Of a DNA stretch of 64,000 bases, positions 57,909-64,000 are shown piece by piece. Made by a program: the position numbers and the translations under genes. The notes beneath the pieces are model-generated. The model saw only the letters and a list, made by a program, of their open reading frames with translations, was not told the origin of the DNA and did not search any database. Positions within the stretch are counted from its first letter, which is position 1. The number at the start of each line of letters is the position of its first letter. Source of the stretch: Bryobacteraceae bacterium (lineage in GTDB: Bacteria; Acidobacteriota; Terriglobia; Bryobacterales; Bryobacteraceae); the NCBI GenBank assembly GCA_025055455.1, contig JANWXD010000020.1, forward strand, positions 1,593-65,592, in the 5' to 3' direction.

Positions 57909-58799
57909 CTACTCCACCTCCAACAGGGCCTGCCCAGGGCCCGCCGCATAGCCCACCCATTCGCCGGCCGCGTAGACCGTCAGCGCCACCGCGATCCAGG
58001 GAAGGGTTCGCACGAACTCCCGCTTCAGGCGTGCGTCGTGCCCTACACGCCGGGCCATGCGCAGCAGTAACAGCAACGGCACCGCCGGCGCCGCCACCAA
58101 ATACGCCAGGCGGCTCTGCGGAGCAAGTAACTCCCGGCGCGCCCCGGCGAAAGCGCGGCTGAACAGATACCGCTGCCTCAGGTAGTAACCAAACGGAAAC
58201 GGACCGCAATGCCGCACCCGCATGCGGGGAGCGGCGCGGAAGCGGATGCCTTTCGCCAGCAACACCGGGTGCAGCGCAGCTTCCCAGAACCCCTTCTCGA
58301 GCAAATCCGCGTGCTCGAGCAGAACGCGGCGCCGGTAGGCGATATTGGCGCCGTTCAACTCCGCGTATTCGCGGTCCGGAAAGGGCGGCAGGAAGCCGCT
58401 GTATTCACAGAAATACACCACCCAGTCGCGCCGCCGCTTATAGCCGTTGTCGAGCACGGGCCCGCCCACGGCCCCGTAGTGGCCCGAGCTGTGGGTGGCT
58501 TGCGCCTCGACAATCCAGCCGGGTTCGGCCACGCAATGTTCCTCGATAATTCCGACCAGCTCGCCTTGCGCCGCCATGACTCCGAGCCGCCTGAGCTGGG
58601 GCACCGTGGCCGGTCCCGGGTGATGCATCACCCGTACCCACGGAAATGCCGTTCGGATTCGCTCGGCGCGCTCTGGCGGACCGGCCGCCACCACAATCGT
58701 CTCGGCCCGGGCTTCGGCGACCTGTCCCTCGAGCGAGCGCAGGCACTGCTCGAGGAAATGCAGCTCCACCTTGGAGGCGATGACGACGGAAAAGGACAT
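57909..58799 (-). CDS. GT-A (family 2-like) glycosyltransferase with C-terminal membrane helices, atypical acidic motif
   Basis: The 494-aa ORF is trimmed to the ATG at 58799. FSVVIAS...CLRSLEGQ and GELVGIIEEH. Collinear with 56922..57902. Confidence 0.6.
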   Translation of the reverse strand: MSFSVVIASKVELHFLEQCLRSLEGQVAEARAETIVVAAGPPERAERIRTAFPWVRVMHHPGPATVPQLRRLGVMAAQGELVGIIEEHCVAEPGWIVEAQATHSSGHYGAVGGPVLDNGYKRRRDWVVYFCEYSGFLPPFPDREYAELNGANIAYRRRVLLEHADLLEKGFWEAALHPVLLAKGIRFRAAPRMRVRHCGPFPFGYYLRQRYLFSRAFAGARRELLAPQSRLAYLVAAPAVPLLLLLRMARRVGHDARLKREFVRTLPWIAVALTVYAAGEWVGYAAGPGQALLEVE

Positions 58800-58834
58800 A
58801 AAAAGGCCCTTATTATAGCAGCCCGCCTCGGGAA

Positions 58835-59773
58835 CTATCGGGCCGTGTAAATGACCACTGCATTGAACAGAGCCCAGCCCACTACCGCGGCGATCAACGG
58901 CTTGTCGTTCAAGACGGCCCAGCTCGGGTCTTCCCCCGCGCGGCCCTGCTGCACGAGCGCGAGATAGCGCAGCAGGCCGTAGATGACGAAGGCGGTTCCG
59001 TAGATCAGCCGGTCCGTTCCGAACCGAGCAATGGTTTCCGGCGCCACCGTGTAGAGCGCGTAAGAGACGATGGCGCAGCCCAGCAGGATGTTCGTCACTT
59101 GGTCCAAATACGCCGGGCTGTAGCCCGCAAGTACCGAGCGGTGCTGACTTGCGTTCTCGCCGAGCAACAACAGCTCCTGGCGGCGCTTGGCGAATGCCAG
59201 ATACAAAGCCAGCAGGAAGGCGCAAACGATCAGCCAGTGGGAAGCCTCCACGCCCGCGGCCACCGCCCCCCCGACGACTCGCAAAACGAACCCAGCGGCA
59301 ATTGCCATTGCGTCTAGTACCAGAAGGCGCTTCAGACCCGCGCTGTAGCCGGCCATGAGAAGGCCGTAGCTTAAAACCACCCCCAGCAGCCACGGGTCCA
59401 GCCAGAAGGCTCCAGCCAGAGATGCGGAAGCCAAGACCAAGGCCGCTCCCAGCGCGACGTTCGCCGGGAGCGCGCCGGAGGCCACCGGCCGGAAACGCTT
59501 GACGGGGTGAAGCCGGTCGCGCTCGGCATCGGCCACGTCATTGACGAGATAGATGGCCGACGACAACAACGAGAAGATCGCGGCTGCGCCCGCGCATCGC
59601 CCGATCGCCTCGATGTCCATCAGCCGGCGGCCGAACAGCAGCGGGGCGAACACGAACAGGTTCTTCAACCACTGGTACGGGCGCATGGCGGAGACGACGA
59701 GGGCCAGACGCGAGGCCCCGGACACAGCCAGCTCTAACTCCGCAGCCGGCTTCGGGTCCCCGGATGCATTCAT
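58835..59773 (-). CDS. UbiA-family prenyltransferase resembling decaprenyl-phosphate phosphoribosyltransferase (DPPR synthase)
   Basis: RPYQWLKNLFVFAPLLF and YLVNDVADAERDRLHPVKRFRPVASG (NDxxDxxxD followed by KRxRPxAxG). About 8-9 TM segments. 312 aa. Confidence 0.7.
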   Translation of the reverse strand: MNASGDPKPAAELELAVSGASRLALVVSAMRPYQWLKNLFVFAPLLFGRRLMDIEAIGRCAGAAAIFSLLSSAIYLVNDVADAERDRLHPVKRFRPVASGALPANVALGAALVLASASLAGAFWLDPWLLGVVLSYGLLMAGYSAGLKRLLVLDAMAIAAGFVLRVVGGAVAAGVEASHWLIVCAFLLALYLAFAKRRQELLLLGENASQHRSVLAGYSPAYLDQVTNILLGCAIVSYALYTVAPETIARFGTDRLIYGTAFVIYGLLRYLALVQQGRAGEDPSWAVLNDKPLIAAVVGWALFNAVVIYTAR

Positions 59774-59783
59774 GGCGGTCGCC

Positions 59784-61229
59784 TCAGTCCTCGACGACGT
59801 GCTCTTCGAAACGAAGGCGGTGCTGCGCCCAGCGTTCGCGGTCGAACTCGCCGGCCGCGGTCAAGCAGTCGGCGGCAGCGTAAGCCATCGCCAGAGCGTG
59901 GTGGGTGTTGTCGTGGGCAAACAGTCCCTGACGCCCGAAGCTGACCAAGCCCTCGAGCTGCGAGGCCCAGGCGTCCAAGACGTCGAAGTGCCGCCGGAAT
60001 CCCAACATGTACACCGGGTATGCCTGCTCCAGGCGGCGGACAGCTGCGGCTCGGATCGGAACGCGGAGCGGCAGCCCTGCCGCGCCCAGCGCGTCCTGAA
60101 CTAGTGCCGCGAGCTCCGAATCGGCCGCCGACCACACCGCGTCCTCCGTCGAGCAGGGCAGTTCCGCACACAGCACCGTGCGGTCGGGCGGATGCGCCAG
60201 CCCGTAGTTTTTCGGCTCCGAGAGGCGAGTTATGGGAATCTCCCGCTCCGGGAAGTAGTGCGCGTCATATTCCGTGAATTGATCGGCTTCGAGCACCAAA
60301 TAGATCAGAATCATCGCGCGGTACCGCAAGGCCGCGGCGGCCTCCTGCACTTCGCTCGGCGGCGGCGGATCCGCCAGTCGCGCCAACAACGGCAGGGGGA
60401 TGGTGGAGAAAACGTGCTGCGCCGGGATCTCTCCTCGACCGGCGCCGCAGCAGACCACGCCGGCGACGCGGTTCCCGTTGATCACGATCCTCTGGACCGG
60501 GGACTGAAGCAAGACGCGCGCTCCGGCCTGTTCGGCGGCCTGGCGATACGCTTCACTGATCTGACCGTATCCCCGGCGCGGGTAGAAAAAACGGCCGCTG
60601 CCGGGGGGACGGAGTCCCGGGATGGCGTTCCGCAGTTTGGCGAGCAGCTTCGCGAACGACCGGGCGCCGACGCGGCGACGGGCTTGCTCGGCGTCGATCT
60701 CCGTGGGAGGCAGGCCCCAGATCTTTTCGGCGTAGGGGAAATAGAACTCGCGGCAGATGGTGGGCCCGAGGCCCCGCTCGAGCACCGAGGCAAAGGTGTC
60801 ACCGACAGTGGAGTTGTTCCGCGGCGTGAAGCGATCTCGCAGCACTCCGACGAGGAACGCTGGCGGCAGGTGCAGCACAGCATCCACCGGCTGCAAGGGG
60901 AAGTGAATCCAACGGTCCCTCAGGCGGATCCGCCCGTGCCGTCGGCGTTCGAGCAGATCCTCGCCGAGCAAGGCGCGGATGTCGGCCAGAATCTCCGGAG
61001 CGCAGGACGGATGCAGGCGGTGGCTGCCGTAGTCCACCCGCAGCCCCTCAATTTCAAAGCTGCCCGCATTGCCTCCGACGGCTGCGCTCCGCTCGACGAC
61101 CGTCACCGGGAATCCCCGGCGAGCCAGCTGGAAGGCCGCCCCCAGGCCCGCCGGCCCGGCGCCCAAGATGACGACCGGGTTGTCGCGCAACCTGCTCATT
61201 TCGCATTGTCCAGGCGAGGCCGAACTCAT
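59784..61229 (-). CDS. FAD/NAD(P)-binding Rossmann-type oxidoreductase (UDP-galactopyranose mutase / protoporphyrinogen oxidase-like)
   Basis: VVILGAGPAGLGAAFQLARRGFPVTVVERSAAVGGNA dinucleotide motif. C-terminal GRQGLFAHDNTHHAL. The ATG overlaps the upstream stop (ATGA). Confidence 0.7.
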   Translation of the reverse strand: MSSASPGQCEMSRLRDNPVVILGAGPAGLGAAFQLARRGFPVTVVERSAAVGGNAGSFEIEGLRVDYGSHRLHPSCAPEILADIRALLGEDLLERRRHGRIRLRDRWIHFPLQPVDAVLHLPPAFLVGVLRDRFTPRNNSTVGDTFASVLERGLGPTICREFYFPYAEKIWGLPPTEIDAEQARRRVGARSFAKLLAKLRNAIPGLRPPGSGRFFYPRRGYGQISEAYRQAAEQAGARVLLQSPVQRIVINGNRVAGVVCCGAGRGEIPAQHVFSTIPLPLLARLADPPPPSEVQEAAAALRYRAMILIYLVLEADQFTEYDAHYFPEREIPITRLSEPKNYGLAHPPDRTVLCAELPCSTEDAVWSAADSELAALVQDALGAAGLPLRVPIRAAAVRRLEQAYPVYMLGFRRHFDVLDAWASQLEGLVSFGRQGLFAHDNTHHALAMAYAAADCLTAAGEFDRERWAQHRLRFEEHVVED

Positions 61230-61933
61230 CCTGAGACGCGCTTGGGCCTAACCCCGCGCAGCCCCTCCCACAGGATTCGCAACAGGAATCGCGTTCCGTG
61301 CCGAACCACCCTGGATTTCATCTCCCCGCCGGCGCGCGCCCGTTCGTGACTGCTCACTTCGACGATGCGGTACCCTTTCCGCAACGTGTTGGCGATGATT
61401 TCGATTTCGATCTCAAAGGCGGTGGAAGTGTAGCGGAAGTCCCGGAATATCTCGGCCCGAAACACCTTGAATCCATTCAATGCATCGGAAAGATAGCGCC
61501 CGGTGCACAGACCCAGCGCCGCACTGAGAAATACATTACCCAGGGCCCGAATGTGGGTGTACTCCTCGCTGCCGCCCACCACGCGAGAGCCGATGACAAG
61601 GCCCACCCCGTCAGTCAGGGCCTCGAGCAACAGCGGCAGCTCTTCGGCCCGGTGCGAATAATCGGCATCCATCATCGCCAGGATGTCTCCGGTGGCGCGG
61701 CTAAAGCCGGCGCGCAAGGCCATGCCTTTTCCCGGCTTGCCCGTGTTACGAACCACTGTGGCCCCGAACGAGCAGGCGATTTCCGCCGTGCGGTCCGTAG
61801 AGTGGTCGTCCACGCAGATCACCTCGAAGCGGTATCCGTTCAGCTTCGGCAGAACCGTTTGCAGGTCCTCAAGCACCCACGGTAGGGTGGCCTCTTCGTT
61901 CTGCGCGGGGATCACAAGGCTGACGGATTTCAT
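61226..61933 (-). CDS. glycosyltransferase family 2, polyprenol-phosphate glycosyltransferase-like (DPM1-type)
   Basis: VSLVIPAQNEE, ICVDDHSTDRT, KPGKGMALRAG and MMDADYS (DxD). ATG at 61933 overlaps the upstream stop (ATGA); an alternative GTG lies at 61939. Confidence 0.8.
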   Translation of the reverse strand: MKSVSLVIPAQNEEATLPWVLEDLQTVLPKLNGYRFEVICVDDHSTDRTAEIACSFGATVVRNTGKPGKGMALRAGFSRATGDILAMMDADYSHRAEELPLLLEALTDGVGLVIGSRVVGGSEEYTHIRALGNVFLSAALGLCTGRYLSDALNGFKVFRAEIFRDFRYTSTAFEIEIEIIANTLRKGYRIVEVSSHERARAGGEMKSRVVRHGTRFLLRILWEGLRGVRPKRVSG

Positions 61934-63030
61934 CGGCACGCGCCTCCAGGCAGCGGCGCACGGGGCTGCGTCCCTTCGGGCATAACCAGTTCCCAGTGAT
62001 CTTTTAACCAGCGGAGGAGTCTCCGGATGCCGTCCTGCACGCTCACCCTCGGTCTCCAGCCCAGCAGCGCGGAAGCCTTGCGAATATCGCTCACGAATAC
62101 CCGCTGATCCGCTGGGCGCCAGCGCTCGAACGAGTGGGGCACGGGTCTGCCCAGCTCCGCCTCGAGCATTGCGATGAGCTCCCTCAAAGACAATGTATTC
62201 TCCGGCCCGCCACCGATGTTGAAAGCTTGCGCCGCCACATCATCGGCCCGTCGCACCGCAGCCTCAAAGGCGGCCAACAAATCGTCTACGTAAAGAACGT
62301 CGCGCACCTGTTTGCCGTCCCCGTAAATGGTAATCGGCAAACCCGCCAGGGCGCGGAGCGCGAACCACGCCACCCAGCCTTGATCTTCCAGACCGAACTG
62401 ACGCGGGCCGTAGATGCACGACTGGCGGAAAACCACTGTCTTCAACCCGTAGACGCGGCCGTAATCGAGCACGTACTGATCGGCGGCCCCTTTCGAGCAC
62501 CCGTACGGCGACTGGAAGTCGAGCGGGTACGTCTCGGGGATCCCCTCGGGCAGGTCCGCCAACACGTAGCGGCTGGCTTCGGCGACAACTCGGCAAGCTT
62601 CCAGGCTGCCATAGACCTTGTTCGTCGAGCTGTAGATGACCACCGGCTTGCTGCGGGCCGCTCGGGCCGCTTCCAAGACGTTCAGCGTGCCGCGGGCGTT
62701 AATCTCAAAATCGGTGCGCGGGTCGGCTACCGACGTGGTTACGGCCACCTGCGCCGCCAAGTGGAACACCACGCCTGCCTGGGCGATCTCGTCTTGCCAG
62801 GCGCCCTCCGCACGGACATCCGCCCGCATGACCTTAAGCTTCCCGCCGTAGCGGCTCAACAACCAAGCGGCGTTGTCCTCGCTGCCCCGGCGAGAGAAAT
62901 TATCCAGGATGACAACGTTCCGCCCTTGGCTCAGGTAGCAATCCGCAAGATTGGATCCAATGAAGCCCGCCCCGCCGGTGATCAGAACCGGCTCCTCGCT
63001 CCTCTGTCCGCCTTCCCGGGCCTTGGACAC
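61930..63030 (-). CDS. NAD-dependent epimerase (extended SDR, CDP-paratose 2-epimerase-like)
   Basis: ORF trimmed to the GTG at 63030 (GAAGGGGG upstream). VLITGGAGFIGSNL, SSTNKVYG, YGCSKGAADQY and EDQGWVAWF. Confidence 0.78.
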   Translation of the reverse strand: MSKAREGGQRSEEPVLITGGAGFIGSNLADCYLSQGRNVVILDNFSRRGSEDNAAWLLSRYGGKLKVMRADVRAEGAWQDEIAQAGVVFHLAAQVAVTTSVADPRTDFEINARGTLNVLEAARAARSKPVVIYSSTNKVYGSLEACRVVAEASRYVLADLPEGIPETYPLDFQSPYGCSKGAADQYVLDYGRVYGLKTVVFRQSCIYGPRQFGLEDQGWVAWFALRALAGLPITIYGDGKQVRDVLYVDDLLAAFEAAVRRADDVAAQAFNIGGGPENTLSLRELIAMLEAELGRPVPHSFERWRPADQRVFVSDIRKASALLGWRPRVSVQDGIRRLLRWLKDHWELVMPEGTQPRAPLPGGACR

Positions 63031-63053
63031 ACATTCCCCCTTCGAGAAAGTAC

Positions 63054-64000
63054 TTACTTCGGCACCAGAATGCTGATTTCGTCCAGTAGATACGGCGCCG
63101 GCGAGTCGGGAGTTACGGGCCAGCCCGGCGCGATCTTCCCCACTTCCCGATAATTGCTCAACAACGCTTTTCGGATGCCGCTCGAGTTCGGCCACAAATA
63201 ATGGTCATACCAGAAATCGGGCGAGTGCAACCTTCGGATCAGGATCTTCCGATAGTAGCGTTTGTGGAGGCGTTCCAGGATCCCCCCAAAATCGCCAGTA
63301 CCGCCATAGCCCCGATCGCCCATGCAGGGCCCCCGGTCCTTCATCACAATGCCGTGCGGCAAGTACACCCAGGAGCCTACATCGAGCAGAGTCGTTGCCG
63401 GTGAACCTGCGGCGAATTGTTGCTCAATCTCCGCCACATAACGGTAGGCCTCTTGCGGGATGGCTGGCAGCGGAACACGGATGAAACCCAATCCTCCAAA
63501 CAGAAGCAAAAGCGCCGCGACCACGACTGCCGCCCGAAACCACGCCCGTCCGCGGGCTGCGGTTCTTGCTCGGCCGATCAGGCTCGCCCACACACGATGT
63601 AACAAGGCCAACAACCAGCATGCCGCCAGCAACGAACCGGGCCCAATGTGATTGGTCATCCACGCGATACCACTGGAGAACACCTCCGTCAATGTCAACA
63701 GTAACCATACCAGCCAAGGCCCGGCCAGCCGGCTGGCGCCCTCGCCACGCAGCAAGCCCCAGCCCGCCACGAGACCCACGGCGACATACGGCCACACCGT
63801 GATCAGGTGCCGGAAGCTCCGGAGAACCGAAACTCCGCTGCCAGCTAGTACCGTGAAAATCCAGTACCGAAACGGCTCACCCCAAAGCCAATAGCCCGCC
63901 GCAACGACCGCTGCCACCAACGCCCCTCCTCCCACTACCACGAACACTACCCGCCGCCAACTCCGCGGGCGATCGAAGATCGCCAGGTGCAGCCCGAACA
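63054..64000 (-). CDS. polytopic membrane protein with periplasmic C-terminal domain, probable GT-C glycosyltransferase (5' end outside the window)
   Basis: The listed ORF starts at 63947, but the frame stays open with no stop up to base 64000 (...FGLHLAIFDRPRSWRRV-). Several TM segments, then a soluble C-terminal domain of about 130 aa. Confidence 0.55.
   Translation of the reverse strand, partial: FGLHLAIFDRPRSWRRVVFVVVGGGALVAAVVAAGYWLWGEPFRYWIFTVLAGSGVSVLRSFRHLITVWPYVAVGLVAGWGLLRGEGASRLAGPWLVWLLLTLTEVFSSGIAWMTNHIGPGSLLAACWLLALLHRVWASLIGRARTAARGRAWFRAAVVVAALLLLFGGLGFIRVPLPAIPQEAYRYVAEIEQQFAAGSPATTLLDVGSWVYLPHGIVMKDRGPCMGDRGYGGTGDFGGILERLHKRYYRKILIRRLHSPDFWYDHYLWPNSSGIRKALLSNYREVGKIAPGWPVTPDSPAPYLLDEISILVPK

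Overview
High-GC (about 65% by eye) bacterial chromosomal segment with about 50 protein-coding genes and no rRNA, intact tRNA or CRISPR. Three SusD-less TonB-dependent receptors with CarboxypepD_reg-type N-termini and many PMT_2/GT-C membrane glycosyltransferases suggest Acidobacteriota, but this is inference only. Recognisable housekeeping genes are thiL, glmU, rtcA, pgeF, an isolated nuoB, lysS, a lolC/E-type permease, cysH-cysC, pntAA-pntAB-pntB, a DksA/TraR-type protein, a Crp/Fnr regulator and a REC-HD-GYP regulator. The accessory content is dominated by envelope glycobiology. At least six GT-C-like polytopic proteins and three polyprenyl-phosphate-type GT2 enzymes are present. A co-directional ~14-kb, 12-gene glycan assembly locus on the minus strand (49.9 kb to the window end) holds a Wzx-like flippase, GT4, GT2s and two SDR enzymes. 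It also holds a UbiA-family gene resembling decaprenyl-phosphate phosphoribosyltransferase next to a Rossmann-type flavoprotein. This locus is my best candidate for an undescribed system: a lipid-linked pentose donor pathway feeding GT-C transferases. Other notable items: (1) a 2 x 309-bp, ~99% identical tandem duplication encoding two in-frame copies of a small coiled-coil ORF separated only by TGA plus 3 codons; (2) a transposase graveyard (IS5-like and IS256-like remnants) beside a GT-C gene that is followed by a fragment of its own paralogue and a tRNA-like T-arm; (3) a translationally coupled cysH-cysC-PHP operon; (4) a TBDR-PL10-like pair with a divergently encoded Tat-signal FAH-family enzyme; (5) a GT2-ICMT-lipid kinase-unknown membrane protein operon. 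No integrase, restriction-modification, Cas, toxin-antitoxin or other classical defence hallmark was recognised. All family assignments come from motif recognition by eye, and no searches were run.
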